Shown: positions 34,802-42,480 of the stretch, piece by piece
Layout: each line of letters opens with the position of its first letter
Numbering within the stretch: position 1 is the first letter of the stretch
NCBI GenBank assembly: GCA_046726015.1
Contig: JBKOZS010000085.1
Span: 9,953-73,952 of the forward strand
DNA from: Acidobacteriota bacterium
Lineage (GTDB): Bacteria; Acidobacteriota; Vicinamibacteria; Vicinamibacterales; 2-12-FULL-66-21
Length of the DNA stretch: 64,000 bases
Direction: 5' to 3'
The notes under the pieces: model-generated
Databases searched by the model: none
What the model saw: the letters and a program-made list of their open reading frames with translations, nothing else
What the model was told of the DNA's origin: nothing
Program-made: the position numbers and the translations under genes

Positions 34802-37438
34802 CTATCTCGCTTGCGTGATCCACGGTTTGTTGGTGGTCCGCGCTTCCAACTGTGCCGCGATCTGCTCGGCCGCCACGCGTGTTGGATATCGACCAACGCG
34901 AATCCGATACGGCGCATTCGGATCCGTTGACGGCGGTTCGAGCAGATACGCGGCGAAGCCGGCGGTTTTCAATTCCTCGACGATCGCGCGTGCACGCAAG
35001 GCGTCGTTCAACGCGGCGATCTGAATCGTGTAAAGCCCTGCGGTCGTGACGGGCCGGTGCGCGGACGCGGCGATGGGCGGAGCATTCGGTGTCGGCGACG
35101 CCTTCGCAGCAACGATTGGCGGATTCGCTGCTGGCTGCGCCTTGGCGCCGATCTTCGGTGGGAACACCTTCCGCACTTCGGGACGTTTCTCGATTGCGAC
35201 CAGGAACGTGACGCTCGGTTGCGGTTGCTCGCGCGTCACCGGTGTCGCGCGCTCATTGCCACCTACGACAGTCGATCCTTCCGGCAACGACTCCTTCAGC
35301 AACTCGACCCGGTGATCGCCGCTCCGAACCGCATCGAAGCGGAATCGTCCCTTTCGCGCCAACACCGATCGCATTCCCCCGTCCAGCGTGAGCACGGCCC
35401 CTTCAACCGGAGGTTCCTCCGGATCGATCTCCCCGTTCTTGTTTGAATCCTCTATCACGCGTCCCTGGATGCTGCCGAGCGGAATGAGACCGAACACCAC
35501 GCGCCGTGTATCGCCGCGCCCGATCTCGACGAGGAGGTCGGTTGCGGCAGGCGCATCGAAATCGACCGGAAGGGCATTGAGGTCGAGGAACACGTGCTGT
35601 GCGCCTGCGGGGACGTTGAGAAATGCGAACGCCCCATCGCGCGCGGTGGTCACGTGCGCCAGCGTGCCGACCGCAACAGGAATGCCCTCGAGCGTTCCCT
35701 CCCCTGGATCGGGCTGTCCATTCGCATTCCAGTCTGCGAACACGCTGCCCACGATCGAGCCGGACCCGCGCGTGGTTCGGGCGCCGATCGATGATCTGGT
35801 TGCAACTCTCGTCGTTCCGGTCGGGATCGAGTGCACGACGCGAAACGTCGATCGCGCGAGCCAGGCGTACCTCTCAGCGGGAAATCCAGCGGGTGCGCGA
35901 TCCAGGTACATGTTGAAGCCAATCGTCGTTCGCGGCGCGATCTGCCCGTTCAGGCCCACGTTCAGAGCGTTCCGCGGAGTGAGCACGTCCGTGGTGAGAT
36001 CGTGGTTACGGCTTGCCGTCCCTTCAATGCGAAAAAAGAGTCCTTCCCGGAACACCTGCTGCTGGCCGCCCGCCGTCAGCTGCAGGAACGTGCTGGCACT
36101 GCCTGATGCGGCGTGCTGGGCGATCACCGACGCCACGCCGAACAGCTGCGTCCGCCTGGACAGATTCAGGTTTGCCTGGCCTGACGTGTAGTGCTGCGTG
36201 AACGTCGACGACGAGAACGAAGAGTCGACGTTGTCGCGGCGCGAGTAGCGGGCGAACGCCGTCATCTTGCCGAGCGTCGACTGCAGTTCCGCCGAGATGA
36301 CGCCGGTGTCACTCGTCGTGGGCGCACCAGTGGTCTCGGTCGGCAGGGCCGGCCGGATCGGCCTCGATACGCGTCCGCCATCTTCAAGACGGAGCGAGAC
36401 GCTCGATTGCGTACCGACTTGAAGGCGCAGTCCGCCAAAGCCGCGATCCGTGCTCGCCTGCGGCCGCAGCAGGGATACGCCGGAGGGACGGATGTTGGTG
36501 TCGAGTGATTCCCATCCGGCAAACACGCGCACGCGAGTCAGGAGGTCGTACTCGCCGGCCGCGAACAGACCGCTGCGATCCTGCAGCGACGCGTTGAGCA
36601 CCGGGAACTCACCCGGAGAAAAGTGCGACTGATTGACTTGTAACCAGCCGCGCGACAGGAGGAAGTGGGCGCCGGCGAGATACGACGCGTCATTCACCGG
36701 TTTCAACGCGCCGGTCGCGCGGTAGCGCACGAACGATCCATCGGCGGCAACATGAATCGACGGCGTCAACACCAGGCGCGTGCCGCCCCCCGCCTGCTCA
36801 CTTGCATCGATCGTCCGCGCGAACTCCTTCAAGTTCGACGTGCGAACGCGCGCGCCGCGCGCGTTCAGCTGCAGCCGCGGGTTGTGCTGGTAGCTGCTGC
36901 GCGCGAATGCAAGCGACTGTCCCAGCGTGTCTGGATCGGTTCCAAAGATGTTGCGCCACGCCGTTGTCCGTCCGCCAACGACCTGTGTTGTGGTTTTCTG
37001 AGTCTTCGCCGTGACCGCCGCGCCGTTCAACGTCAGCGACGCCGCGTTCAGATTCGAGAACTGGTAGTCGCCGAGTGCAGGCTGCGAGTAGAGATCCCCT
37101 CCCTCGAACGTCCACGAGATGCCACGCGCTTTCGCATCTCTCACGGCGAATGACGCACGTCCGAGGTGCAGCTCGTTGCCTCGACGTGTGCCACGGACTT
37201 CGAGTTGCAGCTCGCCGAAGCGGGACTGCGGCTGGATCAAGGAGACGCCGAAATCCGGTTCGAACGCATTTTCGGTGCCCCGCCGCTCTGAATCGCCCTG
37301 AACGACCTGCGTCTGACTGGAGAGCTGAATCGAGCCCTGTTGGCGTGCTTCGGCCGGCGCCGCGACCAGCAGGACGAGGACCGACGCGGCCGGCGCGCGC
37401 ACGCGCTCAGGAAACCTTGAGCGTGGTCTCGCCGACAA
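34802..37438 (-). CDS. predicted outer-membrane beta-barrel protein with two Cna-B/CarboxypepD_reg-like beta-sandwich domains and a C-terminal SPOR domain (usher candidate)
   Basis: Signal peptide. About 540 aa of amphipathic beta-strand-like sequence. 'GSIVGSVFADWNANGQPDPGEGTLEGIPV' and 'GSIQGRVIEDSNKNGEIDPEEPPVEGAVL' repeats. C-terminus 'YTIQIAALNDALRARAIVEELKTAGFAAYL...YRIRVGRYPTRVAAEQIAAQL'. Alternative start GTG 37402. Confidence 0.7.
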   Translation of the reverse strand: MSARPRSRFPERVRAPAASVLVLLVAAPAEARQQGSIQLSSQTQVVQGDSERRGTENAFEPDFGVSLIQPQSRFGELQLEVRGTRRGNELHLGRASFAVRDAKARGISWTFEGGDLYSQPALGDYQFSNLNAASLTLNGAAVTAKTQKTTTQVVGGRTTAWRNIFGTDPDTLGQSLAFARSSYQHNPRLQLNARGARVRTSNLKEFARTIDASEQAGGGTRLVLTPSIHVAADGSFVRYRATGALKPVNDASYLAGAHFLLSRGWLQVNQSHFSPGEFPVLNASLQDRSGLFAAGEYDLLTRVRVFAGWESLDTNIRPSGVSLLRPQASTDRGFGGLRLQVGTQSSVSLRLEDGGRVSRPIRPALPTETTGAPTTSDTGVISAELQSTLGKMTAFARYSRRDNVDSSFSSSTFTQHYTSGQANLNLSRRTQLFGVASVIAQHAASGSASTFLQLTAGGQQQVFREGLFFRIEGTASRNHDLTTDVLTPRNALNVGLNGQIAPRTTIGFNMYLDRAPAGFPAERYAWLARSTFRVVHSIPTGTTRVATRSSIGARTTRGSGSIVGSVFADWNANGQPDPGEGTLEGIPVAVGTLAHVTTARDGAFAFLNVPAGAQHVFLDLNALPVDFDAPAATDLLVEIGRGDTRRVVFGLIPLGSIQGRVIEDSNKNGEIDPEEPPVEGAVLTLDGGMRSVLARKGRFRFDAVRSGDHRVELLKESLPEGSTVVGGNERATPVTREQPQPSVTFLVAIEKRPEVRKVFPPKIGAKAQPAANPPIVAAKASPTPNAPPIAASAHRPVTTAGLYTIQIAALNDALRARAIVEELKTAGFAAYLLEPPSTDPNAPYRIRVGRYPTRVAAEQIAAQLEARTTNKPWITQAR

Positions 37439-38249
37439 TCAACGCGGGCAGTCCCACGTCGATCTTGACCTCCACGCGATAGTCGCCGGCGGGGAGAGAC
37501 GGCTTGTCTGGATCGATCGCCGGGATGGGAACCTCGCGTTCGGACTCCGGCAGCACCGGCACGTCGGGAACGAGTGACTGGCTGACCGCGGCGCCGCTCT
37601 TGTCGTAGACCGTGAGCGTGCCGCGTGTGCGAACCGTTCGGCGGCTGGTGTTCTTCAACACCGCGACGATTTGCGTCGGTTGATCGGGCACTACGCGCGT
37701 GAGCAGATCGGTGAGGTCCACGGCGGCGGCGGGCTCACCCACGTTCGCATAGATCAGCGTGCCGATGCGGCTCCGTACGACGACGCTGCGCCCGCGCGCC
37801 AGGGGATCACTCGCTGGGGCGAAGTCGAACAGGATGCTGCTGCGATACCCTGCGGGCTCCGCGCTGCTGGGAATCGCCAACGTGAATCGCACCGTAGCAT
37901 CCTTACCAGGATCGACCACCTGCTCGGGCGGCGCGATCCGCATCCATCCCGAAGCCGAGTACCGCGTATCCGTGGGTTCTTCGAACTGCGGCGAACCACT
38001 GCGCGAGAGGTGCCAGTCCGAGATCGTCGCGCGCACGCGCACCGGCTGCGTGCCCGAGTTGCTGACGGTAATCGCCTGCGTCGTTGTTCCGCCGGGCGCC
38101 GACTGCAGCTCTACGCGCAATGGCGAGACCTCCACCGAGGTCTGTCCGGCCGCCGGGACAGAGACAAGCAGCAGCGAAATGGCCGCTCCTACGGCGCGGT
38201 GAGCGTGAAAACGATGCTCTGCGTGTACGTGCCGGCGTTGTAGTTCCAT
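37407..38249 (-). CDS. two-domain Ig-like periplasmic protein (PapD-like chaperone candidate)
   Basis: Start trimmed to ATG 38249 (signal '...AVGAAISLLLVSVPAAGQT'). 'VEVSPLRVELQ...ITVSNSGTQPVRVRATISDW' resembles the chaperone N-domain pattern. A second beta-sandwich-like half follows. Confidence 0.6.
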   Translation of the reverse strand: MELQRRHVHAEHRFHAHRAVGAAISLLLVSVPAAGQTSVEVSPLRVELQSAPGGTTTQAITVSNSGTQPVRVRATISDWHLSRSGSPQFEEPTDTRYSASGWMRIAPPEQVVDPGKDATVRFTLAIPSSAEPAGYRSSILFDFAPASDPLARGRSVVVRSRIGTLIYANVGEPAAAVDLTDLLTRVVPDQPTQIVAVLKNTSRRTVRTRGTLTVYDKSGAAVSQSLVPDVPVLPESEREVPIPAIDPDKPSLPAGDYRVEVKIDVGLPALIVGETTLKVS

Positions 38250-38665
38250 GAATTCGCCAAGCGAAAGGTTACCGAGCCGTCCCTGGCCGGATTCACGTTC
38301 CCGGTTCCAGCGGCGACGCGTTGGGCCACGGTTTTGCTGAGAGTGCCGTTCTGGAACGGTGGCGCAGGCGTAGCCGTCCACGTAACATTCGTAATATCGA
38401 CCGTTTCGCTGCTTGCAATTAGGTCGCCGTTCGCCAGCACCGTGAGTTGCCACGGGGATGCCCCCGGATTCTGCCGAACACGAACACTGACAATGATTGG
38501 GGGCGCCAGGATCGTCGGACTGACATCCGGGTCTGCCGACGGAAACGTAATCGATGTGGGCGAGATTGTCAGATCGAGTCTCTGCGCCGCGGCATGCGCG
38601 GGCCACAGCAGGATGACTGTCCACACACACGCGCGGAGCAGCTTGCGTTGGTTGCTTGCAATCAT
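38189..38665 (-). CDS. secreted fibre-subunit-like protein P3 (no N-terminal extension)
   Basis: ATGA overlap with the P2 stop. Signal 'LLWPAHAAA'. 'ITFPSADPDVSP', 'VTWTATPAPPFQNGTLSK', C-terminus 'GTYTQSIVFTLTAP'. Confidence 0.65.
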   Translation of the reverse strand: MIASNQRKLLRACVWTVILLWPAHAAAQRLDLTISPTSITFPSADPDVSPTILAPPIIVSVRVRQNPGASPWQLTVLANGDLIASSETVDITNVTWTATPAPPFQNGTLSKTVAQRVAAGTGNVNPARDGSVTFRLANSWNYNAGTYTQSIVFTLTAP

Positions 38666-39162
38666 GGGGAGGTCAGCGTGTAGGTGAGCGTCGCCGAGTA
38701 GGTTCCCGTCGCATACGTCCACAGGTTGCGGAACATCAACTGCTGCGTGCCCGTGCGGATGCCAGAACCGGTCCACCGAGCGACCGTGACAGGTGACGTC
38801 TTGCTGAGCGTGCCTGGCTGAAAGCCCGCGCCGGTTGCGGTCCACGTGATCGCCGACGCGGAGATCACGTCGATTCCGGACCGCAGGTCGTCGCTTCCGA
38901 CGACCGTGAGGATGACCTGCGACCCCGCGGTCGCGCGCGATTTCGCGGTGATGATGATCGGCCCGCTCAGCGGAGCCACCTGTGGCGCGGCATCGGGGTC
39001 CGCATCTGGAAACGACACGGTCGCGGCCGAGAGCGTCAACTTTGCAAGCGGCCCTATGTCCGCCGACAGCGTGACGGTCGATGTCTGGGCCTCCGCCGGC
39101 GTCGCGAACGCGGCCAAGGCCCAGACGATCGGAGCGAGTGCAAGATGACGCGACGTGAGCAT
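38662..39162 (-). CDS. secreted fibre-subunit-like protein P2
   Basis: Signal 'ALAAFATPAEA'. 'VSFPDADPDAAP', 'ITWTATGAGFQPGTLSK', 'WTGSG', C-terminus 'GTYSATLTYTLTSP'. Confidence 0.7.
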   Translation of the reverse strand: MLTSRHLALAPIVWALAAFATPAEAQTSTVTLSADIGPLAKLTLSAATVSFPDADPDAAPQVAPLSGPIIITAKSRATAGSQVILTVVGSDDLRSGIDVISASAITWTATGAGFQPGTLSKTSPVTVARWTGSGIRTGTQQLMFRNLWTYATGTYSATLTYTLTSP

Positions 39163-39194
39163 GCCGGAGCCGTGGATCCGGCCCTGCTTATCGG

Positions 39195-39698
39195 TTACGG
39201 CGCGGTCAGCGTGTAGGTGACAGTCGTACCGTAAGAGCCGGTGTTATACGCCCACGTGTTCTGGAGCGAGTAGGTATGCATGCCGGAATGGTTGCCCGAT
39301 CCGGTCCAGCTCCCAGCCGGGGTTGCTGTCGTGGCGAACGGCGTCAACCCATTGAAGCCGGCGCCGGACCCCAAATAACTCAGGGCGCCAATCGCGATGG
39401 TGCTGCCGCCGCCACCCGTGAAATCTGGCGCACTGACGTCCAGCGTAACGGTCGACAAACGCCCCGTGCGCGCTTTGACATCGACACTAAACGGTGTCGC
39501 GTTCAGCGTCGGCGACACGTCGGGATCGGCGTCGAGAAAATCAACCGATGCGGCGCCAAGCGCCAGTTTGGCCCTCGCGTTCACGGTGACGTTGACCGGC
39601 ATGCTTGCGTTTGCGGTCGCCGCCTGCGCGAATGCGTCACCCGTTAGAAGAAGAACTGCTGCTGTCGCGACTGCTCCCGTCCAAACTGCCTTCATCAT
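39195..39698 (-). CDS. secreted fibre-subunit-like protein P1 (first, likely major)
   Basis: RBS AGAGGGGG. Signal 'LLLTGDAFAQA'. 'VDFLDADPDVSP', 'WTGSG', C-terminus 'GSYGTTVTYTLTAP'. Confidence 0.7.
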   Translation of the reverse strand: MMKAVWTGAVATAAVLLLTGDAFAQAATANASMPVNVTVNARAKLALGAASVDFLDADPDVSPTLNATPFSVDVKARTGRLSTVTLDVSAPDFTGGGGSTIAIGALSYLGSGAGFNGLTPFATTATPAGSWTGSGNHSGMHTYSLQNTWAYNTGSYGTTVTYTLTAP

Positions 39699-39745
39699 GA
39701 CTCGCCCCCTCTGGAATCCTCCGCGTTCGCGGAAATGGTTCGTAG

Positions 39746-39955
39746 TTACACCGACGATGTCGAGAATGCGCGCTGGCGTTCGAGCCAGCGATCGAGATCC
39801 GCGTGCCGGAACCGCCACTGACGGCCAATGCGAACGGCGGGGAGCTCGCCGCTGCGGATCAGCCGGTAAATCGTCCGCGGAGTGATCTTCAAATAGCTCA
39901 GGACTTCCTCGGTCGTGAGGAAGGCCTCCATTTCGCGCATCGGGTCGTTGAACAT
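39746..39955 (-). CDS. small excisionase/MerR-type helix-turn-helix DNA-binding protein (69 aa)
   Basis: 'FLTTEEVLSYLKITPRTIYRLIRSGELPAVRIGRQWRFRHADLDRWLE'. Close paralogue of the N-terminal domain of the adjacent response regulator. Confidence 0.75.
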   Translation of the reverse strand: MFNDPMREMEAFLTTEEVLSYLKITPRTIYRLIRSGELPAVRIGRQWRFRHADLDRWLERQRAFSTSSV

Positions 39956-39973
39956 GGCGGTCTCTCGTGTCAG

Positions 39974-40024
39974 TCGTTGTTGCTCATATGGTGGCTAACA
40001 AGGAACTCTATATGACAACAACGA
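39974..40024. promoter_or_regulatory. 15/16-nt inverted repeat (TCGTTGTTGCTCATAT-N20-ATATGACAACAACGA) in the leader of the fibre operon
   Basis: Read directly. One-nucleotide bulge. Lies between the predicted promoter and the start codon at 39955. Confidence 0.6.
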
Positions 40025-40058
40025 GCTACAATGTAGCTCCGCCGTATCCAATAGTCAA
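40023..40058 (-). promoter_or_regulatory. sigma-70-like promoter (TTGACT-N17-TACATT) with a perfect 17-bp palindrome GAGCTACA-A-TGTAGCTC over the -10
   Basis: -35 is the reverse complement of 40053-40058, -10 of 40030-40035. Palindrome at 40023-40039. The region is visibly AT-richer than its surroundings. Confidence 0.55.
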
Positions 40059-40147
40059 GCCCCCTTTGCGCCGGAGCAGGCCCCGGTCGTTCGGGCGATA
40101 ACCCAATAACCGTGTAATCGTGAGAAAAGCCGCGAAAATACGGGGTG

Positions 40148-40732
40148 CTATTCGCCCAGGGCCTTGGCAGCCTTGGCCAGGACCATGGGGACGCGGAACG
40201 GCTTGGTCAGATAGCCGGACACTCCAAGGTTCAGCGCGTCGATAGCGCTGGCTTCAGTGGAGTAACCGGTAATGATGATGACCGGGAGATCGGCCTTGAG
40301 CCGCCGCGCCTCGCGAATCACCGTCAGGCCGTCAACGCCGGGCATTTTGAGGTCGGTGATGAGCAGGTCGTACGGGATGATCCGCAGCCGCTCGAGCGCG
40401 GTGCGGCCGTCCGGGGCGAGATCCACGTCGTATTCCGCAAGGGCCAGCGTTTTTGCCAGCAAATCACGAATGCTTGCCTCGTCGTCCACGACCAGGACGC
40501 GCGGCCGCGCTTCAGCGGCGGCGGGGGCGCGCTGCGGGGCCGGCTGCGCACGCACGGTACGAGGACGCTGACTTTCCAGCCAGGCGTCGATGTCGCGCTT
40601 CCGAAAGCGCCACTGGCGCCCGACCCGTACCGCCGGAATCTTTCCGGCCTTGATCAGCCGGTAGACCGTTCGCAGGTTGACCTGGAGGTACTCAAGTACC
40701 TCCTCGGTCGTCAGAAAGCTTTCATCGATCAT
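40148..40732 (-). CDS. response regulator with inverted architecture: N-terminal excisionase-type HTH, C-terminal receiver
   Basis: 'FLTTEEVLEYLQVNLRTVYRLIKAGKIPAVRVGRQWRFRKRDIDAWLE', then 'VLVVDDEASIRDLL...DLLITDLKMPGVDG...PVIIITGY...YLTKPF'. Start trimmed to Met 40732. Confidence 0.8.
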   Translation of the reverse strand: MIDESFLTTEEVLEYLQVNLRTVYRLIKAGKIPAVRVGRQWRFRKRDIDAWLESQRPRTVRAQPAPQRAPAAAEARPRVLVVDDEASIRDLLAKTLALAEYDVDLAPDGRTALERLRIIPYDLLITDLKMPGVDGLTVIREARRLKADLPVIIITGYSTEASAIDALNLGVSGYLTKPFRVPMVLAKAAKALGE

Positions 40733-42296
40733 GACCCGTGGGACCCATTGATACTTTACCACCAACCTCTGCCGAGGGTAGATCGAGCCTGAATTCCGCC
40801 CCACCCCCAACGGAATTTGACGCGGTAATCGTCCCCCCGTGCTCCTGCACGATCCCGTAAGTGATTGCCAGGCCAAGGCCCGTGCCTTTGCCCACTTCTT
40901 TTGTGGTGAAGAAGGGGTCGAAGATCCGCGGCAATACATCGGAAGGAATTCCAGGACCGCTGTCGCGCACGATCAGTGAGACCTGCTCGCGCGAAGCGTC
41001 GCTGGATGAGGCCACTGCGATCCGCCGTGGTCCGTTGCCGTCGACGACTGCATGCTCGGCGTTGATCACGATGTTCAGCAGCGCCTGCTGCAGCAGGAGC
41101 GGATCGCCAAGCACGAATGGAAGGTCCGCCCCCTGGTCTCGCGTCACTTCGATGTTGGCCCGTTGCAGGCTTGCCCGGCGGCTCGCGAGTACCCGTGTCA
41201 GCACGCGATCGACCTGCAGCCGCCGTCGCGCCATGCGGCGCGATCCAGTGAAGACGAGGAGATTGCGCACGATCTTCGCGGCGCGATCCGCGTCCTGGTA
41301 AATCTGCTTCAGCTCCTTGCGCACCGGCCGCGCCGCTTCGGTGAGTTCGATCAACAGTTCGAGATGACCGAGCACGCCTTGCAGCGGATTGTTCATCTCG
41401 TGCGCGATGCCGGCGACAAACTGCCCGAGTGAGGCGAGTTTTTCCGATTGGGCGAGTCGCCCGCGCAGCGCCGCGCGTTCCGCTTCGAGGCGTGTCTGTC
41501 GCGTGATGTCGCGCGCCACGAGCACGCGCCCGACTTCGTTGCCTTCCTGGTTGATGAGCGGCGTGGCGGTGAGAAGAAATGTCCCACCGAGGAGCGCATC
41601 TTCGATCGGGTTGGCGCCGGTTGGCGCGAGGGCCGGGTCGGCGGACGCAATCCACGCCGCGGTTTCCGGCGCCACGAAATCCGCGACCGCGCGCTGCATC
41701 AGGTCCGCGCGCGGCACGCCGACGCGCGCGGAGAACGCCTCGTTGGTCTGCACGATCCGCAGATCGCGATCCATGACGGCCACGAGGTCGACCAGCGAAT
41801 TGAACGTGTCTTCGAGGAGCCGGCGCTGCCGAAGCACTTCGTCGAGCAACTGAATGTTCTCGATGCCGACGGATAGCTGGCGCCCGAGTTCGTGCGCGAA
41901 CTCGATCGCCTGCTCGCAGCTGATGCGAGCACCGTCGAGCCCGTCGATGACCACCGTCCCCAGGGCGCGACGCCAGCCGCGGAGCGGCGTAACCAGCTCG
42001 GTACCGAAGTACTGCGGGCGTTCGACCCGTAAGCCGCGGGCAGCCGGATGCGCCGGATCGTCGGTTGGCAGGCGGATGCCAAGTCCGAGTGCCGGATCTG
42101 ACGAGGCCGTGAGCTCCAGTTCCCGGGCCCTGCGGTCGTGCACCCAAATGTCGGTGCGCCGCGCCCCGATCAGATCACAAATTTGGTGTGCGACCGTTTC
42201 CAGCGCCGTCGCGAGGTTGAGGGTCGCGGACACACCGCGCGAGAACAGCAGCGGGATATCCCGCAGCGCCTCGTGCAGGGAAGGGTCTAAGCTCAT
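40722..42296 (-). CDS. cytoplasmic sensor histidine kinase (GAF-PAS-HisKA-HATPase_c)
   Basis: H-box '[14 protein letters not shown]', 'NIVINAEHA', 'DSGPGI', '[13 protein letters not shown]'. No transmembrane segment seen. Confidence 0.85.
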   Translation of the reverse strand: MSLDPSLHEALRDIPLLFSRGVSATLNLATALETVAHQICDLIGARRTDIWVHDRRARELELTASSDPALGLGIRLPTDDPAHPAARGLRVERPQYFGTELVTPLRGWRRALGTVVIDGLDGARISCEQAIEFAHELGRQLSVGIENIQLLDEVLRQRRLLEDTFNSLVDLVAVMDRDLRIVQTNEAFSARVGVPRADLMQRAVADFVAPETAAWIASADPALAPTGANPIEDALLGGTFLLTATPLINQEGNEVGRVLVARDITRQTRLEAERAALRGRLAQSEKLASLGQFVAGIAHEMNNPLQGVLGHLELLIELTEAARPVRKELKQIYQDADRAAKIVRNLLVFTGSRRMARRRLQVDRVLTRVLASRRASLQRANIEVTRDQGADLPFVLGDPLLLQQALLNIVINAEHAVVDGNGPRRIAVASSSDASREQVSLIVRDSGPGIPSDVLPRIFDPFFTTKEVGKGTGLGLAITYGIVQEHGGTITASNSVGGGAEFRLDLPSAEVGGKVSMGPTGHDR

Positions 42297-42379
42297 GGGT
42301 GGGGGTATTTTATCCGCGTTCGCCCCCGCTGAACATGACGGCGGCTACGGCGAGAAGCCGCTTCGTGGCGGCGAGAGTG

Positions 42380-42438
42380 GGGGTCCAGTGGCAAGATCGG
42401 GGTCCAGTGGCAAGATCGGGGTCCAGTGGCAAGATCGG
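42380..42438. repeat. perfect 3 x 19-bp tandem repeat (GGGGTCCAGTGGCAAGATC) plus a 2-nt partial unit
   Basis: Units at 42380-42398, 42399-42417 and 42418-42436. Lies between the divergent kinase (start 42296) and the ECF sigma gene (start 42481). Confidence 0.9.
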
Positions 42439-42480
42439 TAAAGCCAAAAGGTTCAATGGCCTGTCTAAACTAACGATAAG

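Noticed and set aside
40756-42147. 463-aa same-strand alternative-frame ORF inside the GAF-PAS kinase gene
   Set aside because: Extremely Arg/Ala/Gly/Pro-rich with no motifs. The +1 frame carries all of the kinase motifs.
42380-42438. 19-bp repeats as a CRISPR array
   Set aside because: The units are directly contiguous with no spacers. There are only three copies, and no cas genes are in the window.
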